Shown: positions 48,468 through 57,062, counted from the first letter of the stretch. The stretch is DNA of 64,000 nt from an uncultured Pseudobdellovibrionaceae bacterium (GCA_964348795.1 CAYGDY010000005.1:12027-76026); one strand, 5' to 3'. Numbers and translations are program-made. The notes: generated from the letters alone by a model not told the origin.

Positions 48468-48475
48468 GTTTTTAT

Positions 48476-48907
48476 ATGGCACTTTTGAAACAGCATTCTG
48501 ATTTTCCAGACTCTTTGAATGTTTTAACGGGCGAAGTGATGGATTGTTTTTATCAAGTTCATCAGGAGTTGGGTGCCGGTTATACTGAAAATATTTATGA
48601 GGAAGCCTGTTGTATTGAGTTTCAGAGGAAGGGGCTTTCTTTTGAAAAACAGAAATCTATACCGATTTTTTATAAGGGAGAGGTACTGAATAACAATTTC
48701 AGACTAGACCTTGTTGTAGAAAATGAAATTTTGATTGAATTGAAAGCCGTAGAACATGTTTTACCTGTTCATCAGGCGCAAATATATTCTTATCTTAAGG
48801 CCACAAAATACCCGATTGGCTTTTTAGTGAATTTCAATGTGTCGTTGATTAAAGAGGGCGTAAGACGCTACGTGAATAAAACTCCGAAACTTCAAAACTC
48901 CGCTTGA
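48476..48907 (+). CDS. GxxExxY protein (PD-(D/E)XK nuclease-fold family)
   Basis: 143 aa. GYTENIY (GxxExxY) motif and a D...E.K-like block RLDLVVENEILIELKAV. AT-rich. The C-terminal KTPKLQNSA* is encoded by the L-arm repeat. Confidence 0.8.
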   Translation: MALLKQHSDFPDSLNVLTGEVMDCFYQVHQELGAGYTENIYEEACCIEFQRKGLSFEKQKSIPIFYKGEVLNNNFRLDLVVENEILIELKAVEHVLPVHQAQIYSYLKATKYPIGFLVNFNVSLIKEGVRRYVNKTPKLQNSA

Positions 48908-48949
48908 GTTTTTAATATGGCATTAAAGCGGAGCTTGGGAGATACGGAG
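48878..48949. repeat. Cassette junction J3 (diverged L-arm, 15-nt spacer, R-arm)
   Basis: aaaaCTCCgaaaCTTCaaaaCTCCgcttga / gtttttaatatggca / ttaaagcGGAGcttgGGAGatacGGAG. Confidence 0.75.
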
Positions 48950-49058
48950 GTTTTTTGCTCCCAGATCAAAAGAAGCGCCCTGTAGGCTCTATAAAATTTT
49001 TTATAATTGTTTTAGATATTGATGGATAAGAAAAAATGTTGGGTTGTGATATGAATTT

Positions 49059-49084
49059 CTCCGAATCTCCAAAACTCCGCTTAA
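49059..49084. repeat. Terminal L-arm J4 (no partner R-arm), abutting the fabI RBS
   Basis: CTCCgaatCTCCaaaaCTCCgcttaa. Its reverse complement ttaagcGGAGttttGGAGattcGGAG matches the R-arm at 24 of 26 positions. Confidence 0.8.
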
Positions 49085-49104
49085 AAAAATAAAGGTAAAA
49101 TAAA

Positions 49105-49911
49105 ATGCAACTGATGAACAATAAAAAAGGGCTTATCATGGGGGTGGCGAATGACCACTCCATCGCGTGGGGGATGGCGCAGGCGTTGCATGGCGCGGGG
49201 GCGGAGTTGGCCTTTACGTATCAGGGCGAGGCGTTCGGCAAGCGCGTGAAGCCGCTCGCCGCGTCTTTGGGCTCGGATTTTCTGATTGATTGTGATGTTA
49301 CCTCGGAAGAGGATCTGGACAAGGTGTTTGCCGAAATCGAACAGCGTTGGGGCGTGCTGGATTTTGTGGTCCATGCCATTGCCTATTCGGACAAGAACGA
49401 GCTTCAGGGGCGGTATGTTGACACGACGCTGGCCAATTTCCTGCAGACCATGCATATTTCCTGTTATTCCTTTACTTCTGTCATGCGCCGCGCCCGTCCC
49501 TTGATGAAGCGGGGGGGCTCTGCGGTCACGCTGTCCTATTTCGGGGCGGAGAAGGTTATGCCCAATTACAACGTGATGGGCGTGGCGAAGTCTGCGCTGG
49601 AGGCCTCTGTGCGGTATCTGGCGGCGGATCTGGGGCCCGAGGGTATCCGTGTGAATGCGATCAGTGCGGGACCGATGCGCACGCTTGCGGGGGCCGTCAT
49701 TGGGGGCGCACGGAAAACATTCAAATATAACACGATCACCGCGCCTCTGCGCCGCTCGGTCGAGTTAGAGGAGCTGGGCGGGACGGGATTATACTTGCTC
49801 TCGGACATGTCATCCGCCGTGACGGGCGAAGTGCACTACGTGGATTGCGGGTATAATATCATGGGCATGCCCGCCCATGACCAGCTCGATGAATTTGGTA
49901 AGGGCGGGTAA
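49105..49911 (+). CDS. fabI: enoyl-ACP reductase (NADH) FabI
   Basis: 268 aa. KKGLIMGVANDHSIAWG N-terminus and the Y..M...K catalytic region (SYFGAEKVMPNYNVMGVAKSALEA). Confidence 0.95.
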   Translation: MQLMNNKKGLIMGVANDHSIAWGMAQALHGAGAELAFTYQGEAFGKRVKPLAASLGSDFLIDCDVTSEEDLDKVFAEIEQRWGVLDFVVHAIAYSDKNELQGRYVDTTLANFLQTMHISCYSFTSVMRRARPLMKRGGSAVTLSYFGAEKVMPNYNVMGVAKSALEASVRYLAADLGPEGIRVNAISAGPMRTLAGAVIGGARKTFKYNTITAPLRRSVELEELGGTGLYLLSDMSSAVTGEVHYVDCGYNIMGMPAHDQLDEFGKGG

Positions 49912-49926
49912 GAAGCGGCTCTTAGG

Positions 49927-50277
49927 CTAGGCGTAGAGCTCAGCCCCAGTAAATTCTTTTTTGCAACCCTTTGAACGCTCCAAAACAATGCGGGCGGCGT
50001 CATAGCTGTCTTCCAGCATCAGTTTAAATTTCTCGCTGTCTTGAGGGATGTTGAGGTTGTATTGATCGATTTGTCTTTTAAGGAAAAGGGCTGTCAGGGG
50101 GCCCTTTAAGGTGAGGTTCTCGACAGCATCATTCCATGTCTTTTGAAGGGAGTTTGATTTCAAATTATTCATCTCTTCAATCGTAATATCGTCAAAAGAT
50201 AAAATCAAATCTCTGGTCTCTGCGATGCAGAGTTCTTCTTTAATTGTTGATACAGGTTTTGTTGTTGCAAGAGACAT
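49927..50277 (-). CDS. hypothetical protein (orphan)
   Basis: 116-aa ORF, AT-rich, 12-nt gap to the upstream ORF on the same strand. No motif recognised. Confidence 0.4.
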   Translation of the reverse strand: MSLATTKPVSTIKEELCIAETRDLILSFDDITIEEMNNLKSNSLQKTWNDAVENLTLKGPLTALFLKRQIDQYNLNIPQDSEKFKLMLEDSYDAARIVLERSKGCKKEFTGAELYA

Positions 50278-50289
50278 GTGTTCTTTCCT

Positions 50290-50661
50290 TTATAAAGAGG
50301 CGGTTTGAGGTTCAAAAACGGTGTTATCATGCGATAGGCCTTGCAAAGGCACAGAATGCGGCGCATGGGACACAACCACCCGCGCAGACTCAAACACAGC
50401 GCGAAGCATGGCGGTATGTTCGGTAGCATCCCGATAGCGTCCCTTCATCGCAATGGCAAGGGTCGATACAATATCGTTATGGGCGTTAAATTGCCCTCGG
50501 ACACCAGAGCCTGTAGTCTGAATAGTGGAAATTTGCTCCAGTTTTTCTTCCGGTGTGCCCTTAAGTCTGCCTAAAAGGCTCTCCCTGCCGAGGGCGACAG
50601 CGTAGTGTTTTAAAATATCGTTGGAGTCTTCTAATACGATTGTACCGTCTTTAAAAGCCAT
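50290..50661 (-). CDS. hypothetical protein (orphan)
   Basis: 123-aa ORF with ggagat 7 nt upstream of the ATG. No motif recognised. Confidence 0.45.
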   Translation of the reverse strand: MAFKDGTIVLEDSNDILKHYAVALGRESLLGRLKGTPEEKLEQISTIQTTGSGVRGQFNAHNDIVSTLAIAMKGRYRDATEHTAMLRAVFESARVVVSHAPHSVPLQGLSHDNTVFEPQTASL

Positions 50662-50715
50662 TATAATCTCCTTTTTTGTGTTTTATAAACCACAAAAAAC
50701 AATATGTCAATATTT

Positions 50716-51465
50716 TTAATGCACGCGAAACACGGCGTCTTTGATGACATCCGGTGTGTCGGAGAAAAATCCGTCTACGCCCCAACGCAGGAGGAACCGC
50801 GCGCGGTCTGGGTCATTGATGGTGTAGGCCAGAACAGGTTTTTCAAGATCGGCCAGCATTTCAATCTGTTCCTGCGTGGCCGTGTTGCCGTTCACGTGAT
50901 GGGTGGACACCTCGAGATATTCTGCCAGTTTTTGCCATTCGTCCGGCCATTCTTCGGGCAGGAGGAACCCGCGGTGCCAATCAGGGGCCATGTCGAGCGC
51001 GGTTTCAAGGCAGACGGCCTCGAAGGAGGAAATAATCAGGCGGGCGTGGTCATCCCAGATGGTGGAAAGCAGATCGAGCACAACTTCCGCCGTTTCGCGC
51101 GCCCGCCCCGCGCAGGGCTTGATTTCAAGGTTCAGGCCCATATTGCGGTCGATCAAGACTTCGAGCGCCTCCTCCAGCGTGGGGATGTGGATACCTGAAA
51201 ACCCTTCGGAAAACCAGCTTCCCGCTTCGAGTTGTTTAAGGTCTTCGTATAATATCTCTGCCACGGGGCCGTAGCCGTTGGTTGTGCGGTCCAGCGTATC
51301 GTCGTGGAAGATAATGGGGACGTGATCCTTGGTGAGCTTCACGTCCAGCTCCACCCATTCTACGCCCAGATCGGCGGCGGTGTGAATAGCCTCAAGCGTG
51401 TTTTCGGGCGCATAGCCCGCGGCCCCGCGATGGCCTATAATTTGTGGGATTTGCAGTGGTTTCAT
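50716..51465 (-). CDS. glycerophosphodiester phosphodiesterase
   Basis: Start taken at MKPLQIPQIIGHRGAAGYAPENTLEAI (ATG 51465). HRG...ENT and ELDVKLTKD motifs of the GDPD family. Confidence 0.85.
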   Translation of the reverse strand: MKPLQIPQIIGHRGAAGYAPENTLEAIHTAADLGVEWVELDVKLTKDHVPIIFHDDTLDRTTNGYGPVAEILYEDLKQLEAGSWFSEGFSGIHIPTLEEALEVLIDRNMGLNLEIKPCAGRARETAEVVLDLLSTIWDDHARLIISSFEAVCLETALDMAPDWHRGFLLPEEWPDEWQKLAEYLEVSTHHVNGNTATQEQIEMLADLEKPVLAYTINDPDRARFLLRWGVDGFFSDTPDVIKDAVFRVH

Positions 51466-51641
51466 GGTACCAATTCGTTTTCTTTGTGTGAGGGCGTTGC
51501 CCATCGGTTTCGCCGTGCTCATGTACGAAAAGGTACATGCCGCGCGTCTCGCCTCCGGACGCCTGCTCACACTTTGAAACCAAAATGGTACAAGATGTGC
51601 TTTTATACGGAACCGTGCAGAAGGTAAAGGGTATAAAAATC

Positions 51642-51733
51642 GTCATTGCGAGGAGGCTTTAGCTGACGAAGCAATCCAGACAAGTAAAACAAAAACTGGA
51701 TTGCCGCGCGCCCTAATGGTCGCTCGCAATGAC
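51642..51733. repeat. MITE-like palindromic element, family A
   Basis: gtcattgcgaggaggctttagctgacgaagcaatccag...ctggattgccgcgcgccctaatggtcgctcgcaatgac. Confidence 0.9.
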
Positions 51734-51755
51734 GGAAATCTGAAACATTCTTAGC

Positions 51756-52175
51756 TTAATCGTTCCCGAAAGCATCGCTGTTTTCAAGGAGTGTAATAGC
51801 CGCTTGATTTTTGAAGGCGGCCTGATTTTTATTTTCTATCGCGGCGGCACTTTTATAGACCTTGTCCAGTAAAAAATCGAGATCCTCATCTTTAAACTCC
51901 ATATGGACAGTATTCAATGTTCGTTTGAGCTGTATTTTTATTGTATTGGCCAAAAAGGTTCTGCCATGTTTTTGCGCGGTTTCATTCAATTCTTCTGTGA
52001 GGGAAGACGGGGTAGTTCTGAGAGCTTCTAGGGCTACTTTTTTGCTTTGATGGAGATCCTCTAAAAGGCCTAATGTGAATTCTGCGGTGTTTGCAATGGC
52101 ATAGCGCAGGTAGTGTGTCGCAGAGGATTCTGTTGTATTATAGTCTCCAATAATGGCATTGAGTGTTGGTTTCAT
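51756..52175 (-). CDS. hypothetical protein (orphan)
   Basis: 139-aa ORF, AT-rich, predicted helical, aggagagag upstream of the ATG. No motif recognised. Confidence 0.45.
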   Translation of the reverse strand: MKPTLNAIIGDYNTTESSATHYLRYAIANTAEFTLGLLEDLHQSKKVALEALRTTPSSLTEELNETAQKHGRTFLANTIKIQLKRTLNTVHMEFKDEDLDFLLDKVYKSAAAIENKNQAAFKNQAAITLLENSDAFGND

Positions 52176-52233
52176 GGTTCTCTCTCCTTGTTTTTCGCGT
52201 TCTTAGCAGAGATGTTTTTATATGTCAATAATT

Positions 52234-53001
52234 TTATGGAATTATAGATTTATAGAGCAGGTAGGCCCCTGAGAGGATCGTCACGGCTTCGAACCCGCGT
52301 TTGATCCAGAGATTGCCCTTGAGCGCGCCCATATGCGCCCCCGCATACCCGCCCGCGAAGGAGCCGAGGAGGAGCGTGGGAACCCACGCCCAATAGACCG
52401 GATGGCCGAGCAGGGAGACGGCCATCGCGCCCGTGAGGTTCCAGAAAATCCCCACCAGTGTCATGGTGTACATGACCGCGCTTTTGTAATCGACCCCGAA
52501 CCACAGGATCAGCCAGACGGTGACGAACAGGCCGCTCCCCGAAGACAGGGAGCCGTTAAACACCCCGATCAGAAACAGGACGAAACCGCCGAGGACAAAG
52601 CCTTTCAGATCACGGTTTTTTGGTGCGGAAGCTTGCCCGAGCGATTTTTTGAAAATGGAATAGACCCCCAGTGCAATGGTCAGAAGACCCAAAGACAGGC
52701 CTGCGATGCGGTCGGGGATGTTCACAATGATCCCTGCGCCGACAATGGTGCCGAGCACACCACAGAGCATGACGATCAACGCAAAATGCCAGTCAATCGG
52801 GGCCTTGTGTTTGACATGGCGATAGGTGGAGCCAAGCCCCAGAGCCACGGTTGCGATTTTATGGGTGGCCAGCGCCGTGGCAAAGGGCAGGCCGAGAAAC
52901 AAAAGCGCTGGAAACTGCACCAGCCCCGAACCACCCCCCGCAAAGGCCGACATCGTGTTAGCGATGAAGGAGATGAGGAGGAGGGCGGCGTGCTCGGTCA
53001 T
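52234..53001 (-). CDS. TauE/SafE (TSUP) family membrane transporter
   Basis: 255 aa, about 8 TM helices, N-terminal SAFAGGGSGLVQFPALLFLGLP motif. Confidence 0.85.
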   Translation of the reverse strand: MTEHAALLLISFIANTMSAFAGGGSGLVQFPALLFLGLPFATALATHKIATVALGLGSTYRHVKHKAPIDWHFALIVMLCGVLGTIVGAGIIVNIPDRIAGLSLGLLTIALGVYSIFKKSLGQASAPKNRDLKGFVLGGFVLFLIGVFNGSLSSGSGLFVTVWLILWFGVDYKSAVMYTMTLVGIFWNLTGAMAVSLLGHPVYWAWVPTLLLGSFAGGYAGAHMGALKGNLWIKRGFEAVTILSGAYLLYKSIIP

Positions 53002-53018
53002 GGTGTTTTCCTGTTTCT

Positions 53019-53101
53019 GTCATTCTGAGCGGAGCGAAGGATCTCTTTCGGGATTCTTCGCCTTTGGCTCAGAATGACAAAGGAAGGGGGCTCAGAATGA
53101 C
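53019..53101. repeat. MITE-like palindromic element, family C, with duplicated right terminus
   Basis: gtcattctgagcggagcgaaggatc...gattcttcgcctttggctcagaatgac (to 53078), then aaaggaagggggctcagaatgac (to 53101). Confidence 0.85.
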
Positions 53102-53114
53102 ATGAGAGAGTGCG

Positions 53115-55253
53115 TTACCCCTTCGCCTCTTTCTTTTTATCCTCGGTTTCGATGATCGCGCCAGTTTCCTGGTCTACGCGCTTCATGGAGAGTTTGATCT
53201 TGCCGCGGTCATCCACGCCGAGCAGGAGGACTTTCACCATCTGGCCCTCTTGTACCACATCCGATGTCTGCGCGACGCGGTAGTCGGCGAGTTCAGAGAT
53301 ATGCACCAGACCGTCCTTTGCGCCCATAAAGTTTACAAACGCGCCGAAATCAACGCATTTTACGACTTTGCCTTCATAGACCTTGCCTGTTTCCGGCTCA
53401 TCCGTAATGTCACGGATCATTTTAACCGCCGCCTCGATCGCTTCCGAGTTGCTGGCCGCGACTTTGATCGTGCCGTCATCTTCGATGTCGATTTTGGTGT
53501 TGGTGGCTTCGATAATGCCGCGAATGACTTTCCCGCCCGTGCCGATGACTTCGCGGATTTTATCCGTGGGGACTGTCAAGGTCACGATTTGCGGCGCATT
53601 GGCGTTGAGTTCGGCGCGGGCCTCTGTCAAGGCTTTGGCCATTTCACCCAGAATGTGCAAACGGCCGTCTTTGGCTTGCGCCAAGGCAATCGTCATGATT
53701 TCATCCGTGATGGATGTGATTTTAATGTCCATCTGGAGCGCGGTGATCCCGTTTTCCGTTCCAGCCACTTTGAAATCCATATCGCCGAGATGATCTTCAT
53801 CACCCAGAATATCAGTGAGAACGGCAAAATCTTTCCCTTCCTTGATCAGGCCCATGGCAATGCCCGCTACCGGACTTTGCAAGGGAACCCCCGCATCCAT
53901 CAGCGCCAAAGACGTACCGCAGACGGTTGCCATAGAGGAGGAACCGTTGGATTCTGTGATTTCAGAGACGACCCGCATCGTGTAAGGGAAGGCCTCAACT
54001 GAAGGTAAAAGCGGGCGAATAGCGCGCCATGCCAGTTTACCATGACCGATTTCGCGTCTGCCTGGCGGGCCCATGCGTCCGGCTTCGCCGACCGAATAGG
54101 GCGGGAAGTTGTAATGCAGAAGGAAACGCTCCTTGTATTCGCCTTCCAGCGCATCAATAATTTGCTCATCCTGTCCGGTGCCGAGCGTGGCGACCACGAG
54201 GGCTTGTGTCTCTCCGCGTGTAAACAGAGCGGAGCCGTGTGTGCGAGGCAAAATCCCTGCTTCGGCCACAATCGGGCGCACCGTTTTGGTATCGCGTGCG
54301 TCAATCCGCTTACCGGTTTTCAGGATCTGCCCCCGCACGACATCGGCCTCGACCGACTTGAACTTGGCTTTGATGGTGTTTTCATCCAGACCATTTTCAG
54401 TATCGAGGAATGCGGCTGTGGCGGCTTTACGGACATCATCCACGGCAGACTGGCGTTGCAGTTTGTTGGTAATGGCGTAAGCCTTCTCCACATCCTTGCT
54501 GTATTGGGACTTGATGGCGGCTTCGAGTTTTTTGAGAGGCTCCGGTGTTTCCGGTACATCCCAAGGCTCTTTCGCGCACATTTCGGCCAGCGCGATAATC
54601 CCGTCAATCACGGGTTGAAAGGCTTTGAACCCTGTTCGGACAGCACCCAGCATGATGTCTTCGCTCAGCTCGGAGGCTTCGGATTCTACCATCAAAACGC
54701 CTTCTTGTGTTCCGGCTACGACCAGATCCAGATCCATGTCATCAATTTCGTTCATCGCGGGGTTGATGAGGTATTGACCGTTTTTATAGGCCACGCGCGC
54801 GCCGCCAATGGGCCCCATGAAGGGAATACCTGAGAGGGTGAGTGCGGCGGAACAGCCGATCATCGCAATGATATCCGGATCATTTTCCAGATCGTGTGAC
54901 ACCACCGTTGCGACAATCTGGACCTCGTTCAGGAAGGTTTTGGGAAACAGCGGGCGAATGGGGCGGTCAATCAGGCGGGAGGTGAGTGTTTCCTTCTCGC
55001 TGGGGCGCGCTTCCCGTTTGAAGAAGCCGCCCGGGATTTTTCCGGCGGCGTAGGTTTTTTCCTGATAATGTACGGAAAGCGGGAAGAAATCTTGGCCCTG
55101 CTTGATGGATTTCGATCCGGTCACACAGCACAAGACGCTGGTTTCGCCTATGGTGGCGAGCACGGCGCCATCGGCCTGACGGGCAATTTTTCCTGTTTCC
55201 AGAACGAGTGTTTTTCCTGCAAAATCAATTTCTTTGCGGTAAATTTTAAACAT
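53115..55253 (-). CDS. pnp: polyribonucleotide nucleotidyltransferase (PNPase)
   Basis: Start taken at [31 protein letters not shown] (ATG 55253). 712 aa: two RNase PH domains, KH and S1. Confidence 0.97.
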   Translation of the reverse strand: MFKIYRKEIDFAGKTLVLETGKIARQADGAVLATIGETSVLCCVTGSKSIKQGQDFFPLSVHYQEKTYAAGKIPGGFFKREARPSEKETLTSRLIDRPIRPLFPKTFLNEVQIVATVVSHDLENDPDIIAMIGCSAALTLSGIPFMGPIGGARVAYKNGQYLINPAMNEIDDMDLDLVVAGTQEGVLMVESEASELSEDIMLGAVRTGFKAFQPVIDGIIALAEMCAKEPWDVPETPEPLKKLEAAIKSQYSKDVEKAYAITNKLQRQSAVDDVRKAATAAFLDTENGLDENTIKAKFKSVEADVVRGQILKTGKRIDARDTKTVRPIVAEAGILPRTHGSALFTRGETQALVVATLGTGQDEQIIDALEGEYKERFLLHYNFPPYSVGEAGRMGPPGRREIGHGKLAWRAIRPLLPSVEAFPYTMRVVSEITESNGSSSMATVCGTSLALMDAGVPLQSPVAGIAMGLIKEGKDFAVLTDILGDEDHLGDMDFKVAGTENGITALQMDIKITSITDEIMTIALAQAKDGRLHILGEMAKALTEARAELNANAPQIVTLTVPTDKIREVIGTGGKVIRGIIEATNTKIDIEDDGTIKVAASNSEAIEAAVKMIRDITDEPETGKVYEGKVVKCVDFGAFVNFMGAKDGLVHISELADYRVAQTSDVVQEGQMVKVLLLGVDDRGKIKLSMKRVDQETGAIIETEDKKKEAKG

Positions 55254-55500
55254 AGTGATATTTTCCTTTGTGTATATGGTTTTGCGCCACCCTTTCATGA
55301 AATATGAAAAGTGATGAGCGCGTATAGTTGATGTGAAAGGGGAAGCGCCAGTTTCGGCGGACAGTGAAAAGCAGGATCAAAACCCCCTGCGCTTGACAGT
55401 CGACCGGAAACGGGCAAAATGCCACCTTTCCAACTCTCGGGAAACATGGCACTCTTTGACCGTAAAGTCAAAGAATCTTTTATTGGAACAGGAGCGGGGC

Positions 55501-55944
55501 GTGCGCACGAAAATTTTATGTCTCTTGGGGGTGTTGGTCTTGTTTGCGGGGACAGCCCATGCGGGGGCGCAGGAAGACGTTACGGGCACATTGCAGAAAT
55601 ACCTGCAGGCATTGGAGGCGGGAGATGTCACAACGGTGCAGGGGATCTATACCCCAGATACCGCACAGATGATGGCCAAACGCCCTGTGAGTAGCGGCAT
55701 GATGGCCCATGAAGCCACAACCATCAAGGGATGTGGGCAAATGCTGGTGCTTGTAAAAAAATCCCGTGCTGTTGTGGCGTTTCCCCATGGTTCCAAACAA
55801 TGCACACCCTACTTTTTGCGCTTGACGGACGGGGGATGGAATCTGGATTTTGCCACGATGATGCATGTGATCCGGTTTGATGGCGGAAACAATTGGTGGA
55901 TTGACCGGACGGTCAAAAATCCGTACGGTTTCGCATTTCAATAA
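55501..55944 (+). CDS. hypothetical secreted protein (NTF2/SnoaL-like fold guess)
   Basis: GTG start at 55501 gives the signal peptide VRTKILCLLGVLVLFAGTAHAGA. The longer track ORF (from 55333) lacks a signal and has no better support. Confidence 0.45.
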   Translation: MRTKILCLLGVLVLFAGTAHAGAQEDVTGTLQKYLQALEAGDVTTVQGIYTPDTAQMMAKRPVSSGMMAHEATTIKGCGQMLVLVKKSRAVVAFPHGSKQCTPYFLRLTDGGWNLDFATMMHVIRFDGGNNWWIDRTVKNPYGFAFQ

Positions 55945-55971
55945 TGAAAAATCTCATAGAGGGTGCCTTAC

Positions 55972-56592
55972 ATGAATTACCTTGTTCTTCTCCGTCACGG
56001 TCAAAGCCAGTGGAATTTGGAAAACCGCTTTACGGGCTTTCACGATGTGGACCTGACGGAAAAAGGTGTGGCCGAGGCCATTTCTGCCGGTGAGAAGCTG
56101 AAAGCCTCCGGCATTCATTTCGATCAGGCTTTTACCAGTACCCAGACACGCGCGAACCGCACCACGCGGTTGGCGCTGGAGCATGCGGGGCAGGGAGGCT
56201 TGATTGCGACGCTCAAGGCGCATGATGATCTACGGGAGCGGGATTACGGCGACCTCACAGGGCTGGACAAGGATGAAACCCGCGAAAAATACGGCGCGGA
56301 TCAGGTGCATATCTGGCGCAGGTCCTATGATGTGGCCCCGCCGAACGGGGAGTGCCTGAAGGATGTCGTGGAAAATCGTGTCCGGCCCTATTTCACGGCG
56401 GAAATCAAGCCGTTGCTGGAGGCAGGCAAAAATATCCTTGTGGGTGCGCATGGAAATTCTTTGCGGGCGCTGTTGATCATCGTCGGGGCGGAAACGCCGA
56501 AGACCATCAATGAAGCCGAATTTCCCACCGGCGTACCATTGGTCTTTGGATTTGAGCAAGGCAAGATTGTGAAACGCGCGTTTTTGAAGTAG
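55972..56592 (+). CDS. gpmA: 2,3-bisphosphoglycerate-dependent phosphoglycerate mutase
   Basis: MNYLVLLRHGQSQWNLENRFTG (RHG catalytic motif) and GAHGNSLRAL. 206 aa short form. Confidence 0.9.
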   Translation: MNYLVLLRHGQSQWNLENRFTGFHDVDLTEKGVAEAISAGEKLKASGIHFDQAFTSTQTRANRTTRLALEHAGQGGLIATLKAHDDLRERDYGDLTGLDKDETREKYGADQVHIWRRSYDVAPPNGECLKDVVENRVRPYFTAEIKPLLEAGKNILVGAHGNSLRALLIIVGAETPKTINEAEFPTGVPLVFGFEQGKIVKRAFLK

Positions 56593-56625
56593 AATGATTG
56601 TAAGGCTCAAGGGAGGGCTTGGATC

Positions 56626-57021
56626 ATGCGGCAGATATCGGGTATGCATGTCGTTGTGGCGTCTTTAAGCCTTCTGTTTTTTGCCTATTTCTATTTTTCA
56701 GGCTATCAGAAGAGCGGCTTGTCGTCTTTCGGGATGTATCTGTTCTATCAATTCGAGTTCGGGAAGCTCAGTCCCAACCAGCTTTTGTTTTGGACGTCTG
56801 TCTTCAGTCCCTTGTTTTTGATGTTTCCGTATTTCTGGGAGCGTCTATTTTCGTTTCTCAAGCGGCCTTCGAGCGGGGAGCCCCTGTTGGATGTCGGGAA
56901 TATTATCGGTCTGGGGTATTTGTTCCTTTTAGTCTTTGTCTTGCTGACCTTCCCGGGCGTAAGAGACGGTATTCAACCGCCAAGAACACGCGGACCTTTG
57001 GCTTCGGAGGCTGTGCGGTAG
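56626..57021 (+). CDS. hypothetical membrane protein
   Basis: 131-aa ORF with 3-4 aromatic-rich hydrophobic segments. Preferred over the overlapping frame 56619..57125. Confidence 0.35.
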   Translation: MRQISGMHVVVASLSLLFFAYFYFSGYQKSGLSSFGMYLFYQFEFGKLSPNQLLFWTSVFSPLFLMFPYFWERLFSFLKRPSSGEPLLDVGNIIGLGYLFLLVFVLLTFPGVRDGIQPPRTRGPLASEAVR

Positions 57022-57033
57022 GGGGGGAAGCCA

Positions 57034-57062
57034 TAAAAAAGAGAGCCGCTTCGCGCGGCTCA
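57034..57062 (-). terminator. rho-independent terminator of rpsO
   Basis: Minus strand: gagccgc-gcgaa-gcggctc followed by tctttttt. Resembles the gagagcggcaaagccgctc module of the family B repeats. Confidence 0.7.

Larger units (their letters stand above)
48031..48470. repeat. 185-bp direct tandem repeat, 2 identical full copies plus a 70-bp third copy
   Basis: Units start at 48031, 48216 and 48401. Copies 1 and 2 read identical base for base. Copy 3 diverges after ...gatacggag (48467). Confidence 0.95.

Noticed and set aside
48031-48470. Possible CRISPR array (regularly spaced repeats)
   Set aside because: The repeat unit is 185 bp and fully tandem with no unique spacers. No cas genes are present and the repeat contains an ORF-like segment. 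It is a tandem duplication, not a CRISPR array.
48013-49104. Classical integron
   Set aside because: No intI integrase or attI is in the window. The junction hairpins lack the GTTRRRY/RYYYAAC core sites. Only the formal cassette-like layout is similar.
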